Source: Auanema rhodensis (lineage: Eukaryota > Animalia > Nematoda). From it: 64,000 bases of DNA. The notes beneath the pieces were generated by a model. The model was not told where the DNA came from, made no database searches, and saw nothing but the letters and a program-made list of their open reading frames with translations. A program made the position numbers and the translations under genes. The stretch is taken from positions 12,834,001 to 12,898,000 of the forward strand of contig OZ059894.1 in the NCBI GenBank assembly GCA_964057225.1, in the 5' to 3' direction. This document shows positions 10,501-25,500 of the stretch, piece by piece (position 1 is the first letter of the stretch; every line of letters starts with the position of its first letter).

Positions 10501-13500
10501 ATTTCTTGAGTTTCAAAATATTCAAACTTTTTTTTTTCACTGTTTAAAATCTTAATGAACGAATGAATTGTTTCAAAACTATTGTAAAAATATGAGATTG
10601 TTTCAAAATACGTGATTAAATGAAGAAAATGGAGTAAAATGAATTGGAAAATTATAAAATATTTTCATGTTTTATTTCTTGAGTTTCAAAATATTCAAAC
10701 TTTTTTTTTTCACTGTTTAAAATCTTAATTAACGAATGAATTGTTTCAAAACTATTGTAAAAATATGAGATTGTTTCAAAATACGTGATTAAATGAAGAA
10801 AATGGAGTAAAATGAATTGGAAAATTATAAAATATTTCCATGTTTTATTTTTTTAGTATCAGAAAATTCAAATTAAGATCGTTTTTAATGTTTCAAATCT
10901 CAATGAACGAATGAATTGTTTCAAAACTATTGTAAAAATATGAGATTGTTTCAAAATACGTGATTAAATGAAGAAAATGGAGCAAAATGAATTGGAAAAT
11001 TATAAAATATTTTCATGTTTTATTTCTTGAGTATCAAAATATTTAAACTTTTTTTTTTCACTGTTTAAAATCTTAATGAACGAATGAATTGTTTCAAAAC
11101 TATTGTAAAAATATGAGATTGTTTCAAAATACGTGATTAAATGAAGAAAATGGAGTAAAATGAATTGGAAAATTATAAAATATTTTCATGTTTTATTTCT
11201 TGAGTTTCAAAATATTCAAACTTTTTTTTTTCACTGTTTAAAATCTTACAGAACGAATGAATTGTTTCAAAACTATTGTAAAAATTTGAGATTGTTTCAA
11301 AATACGTGATTAAATGAAGAAAATGGAGTAAAATGAATTGGAAAATTATAAAATATTTCCATGTTTTATTTTCTTAGTATCAGAAAATTCGAATTAAGAT
11401 CGTTTTCAATGTTTCAAATCTTAATGAATGAATTAATTGTTTCAAAACTATTGTAAAAATATGAGATTGTTTCAAAATACGTGATTAAATGAAGAAAATG
11501 GAGTAAAATGAATTGGAAAATTATAAAATATTTCCATGTTTTATTTTTTTAGTATCAGAAAATTCAAATTAAGATCGTTTTTAATGTTTCAAATCTCAAT
11601 GAACGAATGAATTGTTTCAAAACTATTGTAAAAATATGAGATTGTTTCAAAATACGTGATTAAATGAAGAAAATGGAGTAAAATGAATTGGAAAATTATA
11701 AAATATTTTCATGTTTTATTTCTTGAGTTTCAAAATATTCAAACTTTTTTTTTTCACTGTTTAAAATCTTAATGAACGAATGAATTGTTTCAAAACTATT
11801 GTAAAAATATGAGATTGTTTCAAAATACGTGATTAAATGAAGAAAATGGAGTAAAATGAATTGGAAAATTATAAAATATTTCCATGTTTTATTTTCTTAG
11901 TATCAGAAAATTCAAATTAAGATCGTTTTCAATGTTTCAAATCTTAATGAACGAATTAATCGTTTCAAAACTATTGTAAAAATATGAGATTGTTTCAAAA
12001 TACGTGATTAAATGAAGAAAATAGAGTAAAATGAATTGGAATATCATAAAATATTTTCATGTTTTATTTCTTGAGTATCAAAATATTCAAACTTTTTTTT
12101 TTCACTGTTTAAAATCTTAATGAACGAATGAATTGTTTCAAAACTATTGTAAAAATATGAGATTGTTTCAAAATACGTGATTAAATGAAGGAAATGGAGT
12201 AAAATGAATTGGAAAATTATAAAATATTTTCATGTTTTATTTCTTGAGTTTCAAAATATTCAAACTTTTTTTTTTCACTGTTTAAAATCTTAATGAACGA
12301 ATGAATTGTTTCAAAACTATTGTAAAAATTTGAGATTGTTTCAAAATACGTGATTAAATGAAGAAAATGGAGTAAAATGAATTGGAAAATTATAAAATAT
12401 TTCCATGTTTTATTTTTTTAGTATCAGAAAATTCAAATTAAGATCGTTTTTAATGTTTCAAATCTCAATGAACGAATGAATTGTTTCAAAACTATTGTAA
12501 AAATATGAGATTGTTTCAAAATACGTGATTAAATGAAGAAAATGGAGTAAAATGAATTGGAAAATTATAAAATATTTTCATGTTTTATTTCTTGAGTTTC
12601 AAAATATTCAAACTTTTTTTTTTCACTGTTTAAAATCTTAATGAACGAATGAATTGTTTCAAAACTATTGTAAAAATTTGAGATTGTTTCAAAATACGTG
12701 ATTTAATGAAGAAAATAGAGTAAAATGAATTGGAAAATTATAAAATATTTTCATGTTTTATTTTTTTAGTATCAGAAAATTCAAATTAAGATCGTTTTTA
12801 ATGTTTCAAATCTTAATGAACGAATGAATTGTTTCAAAACTATTGTAAAAATATGAGATTGTTTCAAAATACGTGATTAAATGAAGAAAATGGAGTAAAA
12901 TGAATTGGAAAATTATAAAATATTTTCATTTTTTATTTCTTGAGTATCAAAATATTCAAAATTATATCTTTTTTACTGTTAAAAACATTATTAACTGGAT
13001 GATTTGTTTGGAAATTATTGTAAAAATATGAGATTGTTTCAAAATACGTGATTAAATGAAGAAAATGGAGCAAAATGAATTGGAAAATTATAAAATATTT
13101 TCATGTTTTATTTCTTGAGTATCAAAATATTTAAACTTTTTTTTTTCACTGTTTAAAATCTTACAGAACGAATGAATTGTTTCAAAACTATTGTAAAAAT
13201 TTGAGATTGTTTCAAAATTTGTGATTAAATGAAGAAAATGGAGTAAAATGAATTGGAAAATTATAAAATATTTCCATGTTTTATTTTCTTAGTATCAGAA
13301 AATTCAAATTAAGATCGTTTTTAATGTTTCAAATCTTAATGAACGAATGAATTGTTTCAAAACTATTGTAAAAATATGAGATTAATTCAAAATACGTGAT
13401 TAAATGAAGAAAATGGAGTAAAATGAATTGGAAAATTATAAAATATTTTCATGTTTTATTTCTTGAGTTTCAAAATATTCAAACTTTTTTTTTTCACTGT

Positions 13501-16500
13501 TTAAAATCTTAATGAACGAATGAATTGTTTCAAAACTATTGTAAAAATATGAGATTGTTTCAAAATACGTGATTAAATGAAGAAAATGGAGTAAAATGAA
13601 TTGGAAAATTATAAAATATTTTCATGTTTTATTTCTTGAGTTTCAAAATATTCAAACTTTTTTTTTTCACTGTTTAAAATCTTAATTAACGAATGAATTG
13701 TTTCAAAACTATTGTAAAAATATGAGATTGTTTCAAAATACGTGATTAAATGAAGAAAATGGAGTAAAATGAATTGGAAAATTATAAAATATTTCCATGT
13801 TTTATTTTTTTAGTATCAGAAAATTCAAATTAAGATCGTTTTTAATGTTTCAAATCTCAATGAACGAATGAATTGTTTCAAAACTATTGTAAAAATATGA
13901 GATTGTTTCAAAATACGTGATTAAATGAAGAAAATGGAGTAAAATGAATTGGAAAATTATAAAATATTTTCATGTTTTATTTCTTGAGTTTCAAAATATT
14001 CAAACTTTTTTTTTTCACTGTTTAAAATCTTAATGAACGAATGAATTGTTTCAAAACTATTGTAAAAATTTGAGATTGTTTCAAAATACGTGATTTAATG
14101 AAGAAAATAGAGTAAAATGAATTGGAAAATTATAAAATATTTTCATGTTTTATTTTTTTAGTATCAGAAAATTCAAATTAAGATCGTTTTTAATGTTTCA
14201 AATCTTAATGAACGAATGAATTGTTTCAAAACTATTGTAAAAATATGAGATTGTTTCAAAATACGTGATTAAATGAAGAAAATGGAGTAAAATGAATTGG
14301 AAAATTATAAAATATTTTCATGTTTTATTTCTTGAGTTTCAAAATATTCAAACTTTTTTTTTTCACTGTTTAAAATCTTAATGAACGAATGAATTGTTTC
14401 AAAACTATTGTAAAAATTTGAGATTGTTTCAAAATACGTGATTAAATGAAGAAAATGGAGTAAAATGAATTGGAAAATTATAAAATATTTCCATGTTTTA
14501 TTTTTTTAGTATCAGAAAATTCAAATTAAGATCGTTTTTAATGTTTCAAATCTCAATGAACGAATGAATTGTTTCAAAACTATTGTAAAAATATGAGATT
14601 GTTTCAAAATACGTGATTAAATGAAGAAAATGGAGTAAAATGAATTGGAAAATTATAAAATATTTTCATGTTTTATTTCTTGAGTTTCAAAATATTCAAA
14701 CTTTTTTTTTTCACTGTTTAAAATCTTAATGAACGAATGAATTGTTTCAAAACTATTGTAAAAATTTGAGATTGTTTCAAAATACGTGATTTAATGAAGA
14801 AAATAGAGTAAAATGAATTGGAAAATTATAAAATATTTTCATGTTTTATTTTTTTAGTATCAGAAAATTCAAATTAAGATCGTTTTTAATGTTTCAAATC
14901 TTAATGAACGAATGAATTGTTTCAAAACTATTGTAAAAATATGAGATTGTTTCAAAATACGTGATTAAATGAAGAAAATGGAGTAAAATGAATTGGAAAA
15001 TTATAAAATATTTCCATGTTTTATTTTTTTAGTATCAGAAAATTCAAATTAAGATCGTTTTTAATGTTTCAAATCTCAATGAACGAATGAATTGTTTCAA
15101 AACTATTGTAAAAATATGAGATTGTTTCAAAATACGTGATTAAATGAAGAAAATGGAGTAAAATGAATTGGAAAATTATAAAATATTTTCATGTTTTATT
15201 TCTTGAGTTTCAAAATATTCAAACTTTTTTTTTTCACTGTTTAAAATCTTAATGAACGAATGAATTGTTTCAAAACTATTGTAAAAATATGAGATTGTTT
15301 CAAAATACGTGATTAAATGAAGAAAATGGAGTAAAATGAATTGGAAAATTATAAAATATTTCCATGTTTTATTTTCTTAGTATCAGAAAATTCAAATTAA
15401 GATCGTTTTCAATGTTTCAAATCTTAATGAACGAATTAATCGTTTCAAAACTATTGTAAAAATATGAGATTGTTTCAAAATACGTGATTAAATGAAGAAA
15501 ATAGAGTAAAATGAATTGGAATATTATAAAATATTTTCATGTTTTATTTCTTGAGTATCAAAATATTCAAACTTTTTTTTTTCACTGTTTAAAATCTTAA
15601 TGAACGAATGAATTGTTTCAAAACTATTGTAAAAATATGAGATTGTTTCAAAATACGTGATTAAATGAAGGAAATGGAGTAAAATGAATTGGAAAATTAT
15701 AAAATATTTTCATGTTTTATTTCTTGAGTTTCAAAATATTCAAACTTTTTTTTTTCACTGTTTAAAATCTTAATGAACGAATGAATTGTTTCAAAACTAT
15801 TGTAAAAATTTGAGATTGTTTCAAAATACGTGATTTAATGAAGAAAATAGAGTAAAATGAATTGGAAAATTATAAAATATTTTCATGTTTTATTTTTTTA
15901 GTATCAGAAAATTCAAATTAAGATCGTTTTTAATGTTTCAAATCTTAATGAACGAATGAATTGTTTCAAAACTATTGTAAAAATATGAGATTGTTTCAAA
16001 ATACGTGATTAAATGAAGAAAATGGAGTAAAATGAATTGGAAAATTATAAAATATTTTCATTTTTTATTTCTTGAGTATCAAAATATTCAAAATTATATC
16101 TTTTTTACTGTTAAAAACATTATTAACTGGATGATTTGTTTGGAAATTATTGTAAAAATATGAGATTGTTTCAAAATACGTGATTAAATGAAGAAAATGG
16201 AGTAAAATGAATTGGAAAATTATAAAATATTTCCATGTTTTATTTTTTTAGTATCAGAAAATTCAAATTAAGATCGTTTTTAATGTTTCAAATCTCAATG
16301 AACGAATGAATTGTTTCAAAACTATTGTAAAAATATGAGATTGTTTCAAAATACGTGATTAAATGAAGAAAATGGAGTAAAATGAATTGGAAAATTATAA
16401 AATATTTTCATGTTTTATTTCTTGAGTTTCAAAATATTCAAACTTTTTTTTTTCACTGTTTAAAATCTTAATGAACGAATGAATTGTTTCAAAACTATTG

Positions 16501-19500
16501 TAAAAATATGAGATTGTTTCAAAATACGTGATTAAATGAAGAAAATGGAGTAAAATGAATTGGAAAATTATAAAATATTTCCATGTTTTATTTTCTTAGT
16601 ATCAGAAAATTCAAATTAAGATCGTTTTCAATGTTTCAAATCTTAATGAACGAATTAATCGTTTCAAAACTATTGTAAAAATATGAGATTGTTTCAAAAT
16701 ACGTGATTAAATGAAGAAAATAGAGTAAAATGAATTGGAATATTATAAAATATTTTCATGTTTTATTTCTTGAGTATCAAAATATTCAAACTTTTTTTTT
16801 TCACTGTTTAAAATCTTAATGAACGAATGAATTGTTTCAAAACTATTGTAAAAATATGAGATTGTTTCAAAATACGTGATTAAATGAAGGAAATGGAGTA
16901 AAATGAATTGGAAAATTATAAAATATTTTCATGTTTTATTTCTTGAGTTTCAAAATATTCAAACTTTTTTTTTTCACTGTTTAAAATCTTAATGAACGAA
17001 TGAATTGTTTCAAAACTATTGTAAAAATTTGAGATTGTTTCAAAATACGTGATTTAATGAAGAAAATAGAGTAAAATGAATTGGAAAATTATAAAATATT
17101 TTCATGTTTTATTTTTTTAGTATCAGAAAATTCAAATTAAGATCGTTTTTAATGTTTCAAATCTTAATGAACGAATGAATTGTTTCAAAACTATTGTAAA
17201 AATATGAGATTGTTTCAAAATACGTGATTAAATGAAGAAAATGGAGTAAAATGAATTGGAAAATTATAAAATATTTTCATTTTTTATTTCTTGAGTATCA
17301 AAATATTCAAAATTATATCTTTTTTACTGTTAAAAACATTATTAACTGGATGATTTGTTTGGAAATTATTGTAAAAATATGAGATTGTTTCAAAATACGT
17401 GATTAAATGAAGAAAATGGAGCAAAATGAATTGGAAAATTATAAAATATTTTCATGTTTTATTTCTTGAGTATCAAAATATTTAAACTTTTTTTTTTCAC
17501 TGTTTAAAATCTTACAGAACGAATGAATTGTTTCAAAACTATTGTAAAAATTTGAGATTGTTTCAAAATTTGTGATTAAATGAAGAAAATGGAGTAAAAT
17601 GAATTGGAAAATTATAAAATATTTCCATGTTTTATTTTCTTAGTATCAGAAAATTCAAATTAAGATCGTTTTTAATGTTTCAAATCTTAATGAACGAATG
17701 AATTGTTTCAAAACTATTGTAAAAATATGAGATTGTTTCAAAATACGTGATTAAATGAAGAAAATGGAGTAAAATGAATTGGAAAATTATAAAATATTTC
17801 CATGTTTTATTTTCTTAGTATCAGAAAATTCAAATTAAGATCGTTTTTAATGTTTCAAATCTTAATGAACGAATGAATTGTTTCAAAACTATTGTAAAAA
17901 TATGAGATTAATTCAAAATACGTGATTAAATGAAGAAAATGGAGTAAAATGAATTGGAAAATTATAAAATATTTTCATGTTTTATTTCTTGAGTTTCAAA
18001 ATATTCAAACTTTTTTTTTTCACTGTTTAAAATCTTAATGAACGAATGAATTGTTTCAAAACTATTGTAAAAATATGAGATTGTTTCAAAATACGTGATT
18101 AAATGAAGAAAATGGAGTAAAATGAATTGGAAAATTATAAAATATTTTCATGTTTTATTTCTTGAGTTTCAAAATATTCAAACTTTTTTTTTTCACTGTT
18201 TAAAATCTTAATTAACGAATGAATTGTTTCAAAACTATTGTAAAAATATGAGATTGTCTCAAAATACGTGATTAAATGAAGAAAATGGAGTAAAATGAAT
18301 TGGAAAATTATAAAATATTTCCATGTTTTATTTTTTTAGTATCAGAAAATTCAAATTAAGATCGTTTTTAATGTTTCAAATCTCAATGAACGAATGAATT
18401 GTTTCAAAACTATTGTAAAAATATGAGATTGTTTCAAAATACGTGATTAAATGAAGAAAATGGAGCAAAATGAATTGGAAAATTATAAAATATTTTCATG
18501 TTTTATTTCTTGAGTATCAAAATATTTAAACTTTTTTTTTTCACTGTTTAAAATCTTAATGAACGAATGAATTGTTTCAAAACTATTGTAAAAATATGAG
18601 ATTGTTTCAAAATACGTGATTAAATGAAGAAAATGGAGTAAAATGAATTGGAAAATTATAAAATATTTTCATGTTTTATTTCTTGAGTTTCAAAATATTC
18701 AAACTTTTTTTTTTCACTGTTTAAAATCTTACAGAACGAATGAATTGTTTCAAAACTATTGTAAAAATTTGAGATTGTTTCAAAATACGTGATTAAATGA
18801 AGAAAATGGAGTAAAATGAATTGGAAAATTATAAAATATTTCCATGTTTTATTTTCTTAGTATCAGAAAATTCGAATTAAGATCGTTTTCAATGTTTCAA
18901 ATCTTAATGAATGAATTAATTGTTTCAAAACTATTGTAAAAATATGAGATTGTTTCAAAATACGTGATTAAATGAAGAAAATGGAGTAAAATGAATTGGA
19001 AAATTATAAAATATTTCCATGTTTTATTTTTTTAGTATCAGAAAATTCAAATTAAGATCGTTTTTAATGTTTCAAATCTCAATGAACGAATGAATTGTTT
19101 CAAAACTATTGTAAAAATATGAGATTGTTTCAAAATACGTGATTAAATGAAGAAAATGGAGTAAAATGAATTGGAAAATTATAAAATATTTTCATGTTTT
19201 ATTTCTTGAGTTTCAAAATATTCAAACTTTTTTTTTTCACTGTTTAAAATCTTAATGAACGAATGAATTGTTTCAAAACTATTGTAAAAATATGAGATTG
19301 TTTCAAAATACGTGATTAAATGAAGAAAATGGAGTAAAATGAATTGGAAAATTATAAAATATTTCCATGTTTTATTTTCTTAGTATCAGAAAATTCAAAT
19401 TAAGATCGTTTTCAATGTTTCAAATCTTAATGAACGAATTAATCGTTTCAAAACTATTGTAAAAATATGAGATTGTTTCAAAATACGTGATTAAATGAAG

Positions 19501-22500
19501 AAAATAGAGTAAAATGAATTGGAATATCATAAAATATTTTCATGTTTTATTTCTTGAGTATCAAAATATTCAAACTTTTTTTTTTCACTGTTTAAAATCT
19601 TAATGAACGAATGAATTGTTTCAAAACTATTGTAAAAATATGAGATTGTTTCAAAATACGTGATTAAATGAAGGAAATGGAGTAAAATGAATTGGAAAAT
19701 TATAAAATATTTTCATGTTTTATTTCTTGAGTTTCAAAATATTCAAACTTTTTTTTTTCACTGTTTAAAATCTTAATGAACGAATGAATTGTTTCAAAAC
19801 TATTGTAAAAATTTGAGATTGTTTCAAAATACGTGATTAAATGAAGAAAATGGAGTAAAATGAATTGGAAAATTATAAAATATTTCCATGTTTTATTTTT
19901 TTAGTATCAGAAAATTCAAATTAAGATCGTTTTTAATGTTTCAAATCTCAATGAACGAATGAATTGTTTCAAAACTATTGTAAAAATATGAGATTGTTTC
20001 AAAATACGTGATTAAATGAAGAAAATGGAGTAAAATGAATTGGAAAATTATAAAATATTTTCATGTTTTATTTCTTGAGTTTCAAAATATTCAAACTTTT
20101 TTTTTTCACTGTTTAAAATCTTAATGAACGAATGAATTGTTTCAAAACTATTGTAAAAATTTGAGATTGTTTCAAAATACGTGATTTAATGAAGAAAATA
20201 GAGTAAAATGAATTGGAAAATTATAAAATATTTTCATGTTTTATTTTTTTAGTATCAGAAAATTCAAATTAAGATCGTTTTTAATGTTTCAAATCTTAAT
20301 GAACGAATGAATTGTTTCAAAACTATTGTAAAAATATGAGATTGTTTCAAAATACGTGATTAAATGAAGAAAATGGAGTAAAATGAATTGGAAAATTATA
20401 AAATATTTTCATTTTTTATTTCTTGAGTATCAAAATATTCAAAATTATATCTTTTTTACTGTTAAAAACATTATTAACTGGATGATTTGTTTGGAAATTA
20501 TTGTAAAAATATGAGATTGTTTCAAAATACGTGATTAAATGAAGAAAATGGAGCAAAATGAATTGGAAAATTATAAAATATTTTCATGTTTTATTTCTTG
20601 AGTATCAAAATATTTAAACTTTTTTTTTTCACTGTTTAAAATCTTACAGAACGAATGAATTGTTTCAAAACTATTGTAAAAATTTGAGATTGTTTCAAAA
20701 TTTGTGATTAAATGAAGAAAATGGAGTAAAATGAATTGGAAAATTATAAAATATTTCCATGTTTTATTTTCTTAGTATCAGAAAATTCAAATTAAGATCG
20801 TTTTTAATGTTTCAAATCTTAATGAACGAATGAATTGTTTCAAAACTATTGTAAAAATATGAGATTAATTCAAAATACGTGATTAAATGAAGAAAATGGA
20901 GTAAAATGAATTGGAAAATTATAAAATATTTTCATGTTTTATTTCTTGAGTTTCAAAATATTCAAACTTTTTTTTTTCACTGTTTAAAATCTTAATGAAC
21001 GAATGAATTGTTTCAAAACTATTGTAAAAATATGAGATTGTTTCAAAATACGTGATTAAATGAAGAAAATGGAGTAAAATGAATTGGAAAATTATAAAAT
21101 ATTTTCATGTTTTATTTCTTGAGTTTCAAAATATTCAAACTTTTTTTTTTCACTGTTTAAAATCTTAATTAACGAATGAATTGTTTCAAAACTATTGTAA
21201 AAATATGAGATTGTTTCAAAATACGTGATTAAATGAAGAAAATGGAGTAAAATGAATTGGAAAATTATAAAATATTTCCATGTTTTATTTTTTTAGTATC
21301 AGAAAATTCAAATTAAGATCGTTTTTAATGTTTCAAATCTCAATGAACGAATGAATTGTTTCAAAACTATTGTAAAAATATGAGATTGTTTCAAAATACG
21401 TGATTAAATGAAGAAAATGGAGTAAAATGAATTGGAAAATTATAAAATATTTTCATGTTTTATTTCTTGAGTTTCAAAATATTCAAACTTTTTTTTTTCA
21501 CTGTTTAAAATCTTAATGAACGAATGAATTGTTTCAAAACTATTGTAAAAATATGAGATTGTTTCAAAATACGTGATTAAATGAAGAAAATGGAGTAAAA
21601 TGAATTGGAAAATTATAAAATATTTTCATGTTTTATTTCTTGAGTTTCAAAATATTCAAACTTTTTTTTTTCACTGTTTAAAATCTTAATGAACGAATGA
21701 ATTGTTTCAAAACTATTGTAAAAATATGAGATTGTTTCAAAATACGTGATTAAATGAAGAAAATGGAGTAAAATGAATTGGAAAATTATAAAATATTTTC
21801 ATGTTTTATTTCTTGAGTTTCAAAATATTCAAACTTTTTTTTTTCACTGTTTAAAATCTTAATGAACGAATGAATTGTTTCAAAACTATTGTAAAAATTT
21901 GAGATTGTTTCAAAATACGTGATTAAATGAAGAAAATGGAGTAAAATGAATTGGAAAATTATAAAATATTTCCATGTTTTATTTTTTTAGTATCAGAAAA
22001 TTCAAATTAAGATCGTTTTTAATGTTTCAAATCTCAATGAACGAATGAATTGTTTCAAAACTATTGTAAAAATATGAGATTGTTTCAAAATACGTGATTA
22101 AATGAAGAAAATGGAGTAAAATGAATTGGAAAATTATAAAATATTTTCATGTTTTATTTCTTGAGTTTCAAAATATTCAAACTTTTTTTTTTCACTGTTT
22201 AAAATCTTAATGAACGAATGAATTGTTTCAAAACTATTGTAAAAATTTGAGATTGTTTCAAAATACGTGATTTAATGAAGAAAATAGAGTAAAATGAATT
22301 GGAAAATTATAAAATATTTTCATGTTTTATTTTTTTAGTATCAGAAAATTCAAATTAAGATCGTTTTTAATGTTTCAAATCTTAATGAACGAATGAATTG
22401 TTTCAAAACTATTGTAAAAATATGAGATTGTTTCAAAATACGTGATTAAATGAAGAAAATGGAGTAAAATGAATTGGAAAATTATAAAATATTTTCATTT

Positions 22501-25500
22501 TTTATTTCTTGAGTATCAAAATATTCAAAATTATATCTTTTTTACTGTTAAAAACATTATTAACTGGATGATTTGTTTGGAAATTATTGTAAAAATATGA
22601 GATTGTTTCAAAATACGTGATTAAATGAAGAAAATGGAGCAAAATGAATTGGAAAATTATAAAATATTTTCATGTTTTATTTCTTGAGTATCAAAATATT
22701 TAAACTTTTTTTTTTCACTGTTTAAAATCTTACAGAACGAATGAATTGTTTCAAAACTATTGTAAAAATTTGAGATTGTTTCAAAATTTGTGATTAAATG
22801 AAGAAAATGGAGTAAAATGAATTGGAAAATTATAAAATATTTCCATGTTTTATTTTCTTAGTATCAGAAAATTCAAATTAAGATCGTTTTTAATGTTTCA
22901 AATCTTAATGAACGAATGAATTGTTTCAAAACTATTGTAAAAATATGAGATTGTTTCAAAATACGTGATTAAATGAAGAAAATGGAGTAAAATGAATTGG
23001 AAAATTATAAAATATTTCCATGTTTTATTTTCTTAGTATCAGAAAATTCAAATTAAGATCGTTTTTAATGTTTCAAATCTTAATGAACGAATGAATTGTT
23101 TCAAAACTATTGTAAAAATATGAGATTAATTCAAAATACGTGATTAAATGAAGAAAATGGAGTAAAATGAATTGGAAAATTATAAAATATTTTCATGTTT
23201 TATTTCTTGAGTTTCAAAATATTCAAACTTTTTTTTTTCACTGTTTAAAATCTTAATGAACGAATGAATTGTTTCAAAACTATTGTAAAAATATGAGATT
23301 GTTTCAAAATACGTGATTAAATGAAGAAAATGGAGTAAAATGAATTGGAAAATTATAAAATATTTTCATGTTTTATTTCTTGAGTTTCAAAATATTCAAA
23401 CTTTTTTTTTTCACTGTTTAAAATCTTAATTAACGAATGAATTGTTTCAAAACTATTGTAAAAATATGAGATTGTTTCAAAATACGTGATTAAATGAAGA
23501 AAATGGAGTAAAATGAATTGGAAAATTATAAAATATTTCCATGTTTTATTTTTTTAGTATCAGAAAATTCAAATTAAGATCGTTTTTAATGTTTCAAATC
23601 TCAATGAACGAATGAATTGTTTCAAAACTATTGTAAAAATATGAGATTGTTTCAAAATACGTGATTAAATGAAGAAAATGGAGCAAAATGAATTGGAAAA
23701 TTATAAAATATTTTCATGTTTTATTTCTTGAGTATCAAAATATTTAAACTTTTTTTTTTCACTGTTTAAAATCTTAATGAACGAATGAATTGTTTCAAAA
23801 CTATTGTAAAAATATGAGATTGTTTCAAAATACGTGATTAAATGAAGAAAATGGAGTAAAATGAATTGGAAAATTATAAAATATTTTCATGTTTTATTTC
23901 TTGAGTTTCAAAATATTCAAACTTTTTTTTTTCACTGTTTAAAATCTTACAGAACGAATGAATTGTTTCAAAACTATTGTAAAAATTTGAGATTGTTTCA
24001 AAATACGTGATTAAATGAAGAAAATGGAGTAAAATGAATTGGAAAATTATAAAATATTTCCATGTTTTATTTTCTTAGTATCAGAAAATTCGAATTAAGA
24101 TCGTTTTCAATGTTTCAAATCTTAATGAATGAATTAATTGTTTCAAAACTATTGTAAAAATATGAGATTGTTTCAAAATACGTGATTAAATGAAGAAAAT
24201 GGAGTAAAATGAATTGGAAAATTATAAAATATTTCCATGTTTTATTTTTTTAGTATCAGAAAATTCAAATTAAGATCGTTTTTAATGTTTCAAATCTCAA
24301 TGAACGAATGAATTGTTTCAAAACTATTGTAAAAATATGAGATTGTTTCAAAATACGTGATTAAATGAAGAAAATGGAGTAAAATGAATTGGAAAATTAT
24401 AAAATATTTTCATGTTTTATTTCTTGAGTTTCAAAATATTCAAACTTTTTTTTTTCACTGTTTAAAATCTTAATGAACGAATGAATTGTTTCAAAACTAT
24501 TGTAAAAATATGAGATTGTTTCAAAATACGTGATTAAATGAAGAAAATGGAGTAAAATGAATTGGAAAATTATAAAATATTTCCATGTTTTATTTTCTTA
24601 GTATCAGAAAATTCAAATTAAGATCGTTTTCAATGTTTCAAATCTTAATGAACGAATTAATCGTTTCAAAACTATTGTAAAAATATGAGATTGTTTCAAA
24701 ATACGTGATTAAATGAAGAAAATAGAGTAAAATGAATTGGAATATCATAAAATATTTTCATGTTTTATTTCTTGAGTATCAAAATATTCAAACTTTTTTT
24801 TTTCACTGTTTAAAATCTTAATGAACGAATGAATTGTTTCAAAACTATTGTAAAAATATGAGATTGTTTCAAAATACGTGATTAAATGAAGGAAATGGAG
24901 TAAAATGAATTGGAAAATTATAAAATATTTTCATGTTTTATTTCTTGAGTTTCAAAATATTCAAACTTTTTTTTTTCACTGTTTAAAATCTTAATGAACG
25001 AATGAATTGTTTCAAAACTATTGTAAAAATTTGAGATTGTTTCAAAATACGTGATTAAATGAAGAAAATGGAGTAAAATGAATTGGAAAATTATAAAATA
25101 TTTCCATGTTTTATTTTTTTAGTATCAGAAAATTCAAATTAAGATCGTTTTTAATGTTTCAAATCTCAATGAACGAATGAATTGTTTCAAAACTATTGTA
25201 AAAATATGAGATTGTTTCAAAATACGTGATTAAATGAAGAAAATGGAGTAAAATGAATTGGAAAATTATAAAATATTTTCATGTTTTATTTCTTGAGTTT
25301 CAAAATATTCAAACTTTTTTTTTTCACTGTTTAAAATCTTAATGAACGAATGAATTGTTTCAAAACTATTGTAAAAATTTGAGATTGTTTCAAAATACGT
25401 GATTTAATGAAGAAAATAGAGTAAAATGAATTGGAAAATTATAAAATATTTTCATGTTTTATTTTTTTAGTATCAGAAAATTCAAATTAAGATCGTTTTT

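Noticed and set aside
12995-16127. Apparent canonical HOR copy (C-to-C spacing of 3132 bp)
   Set aside because: The length matches but the monomer order is rearranged, so it is not a canonical 18-mer.
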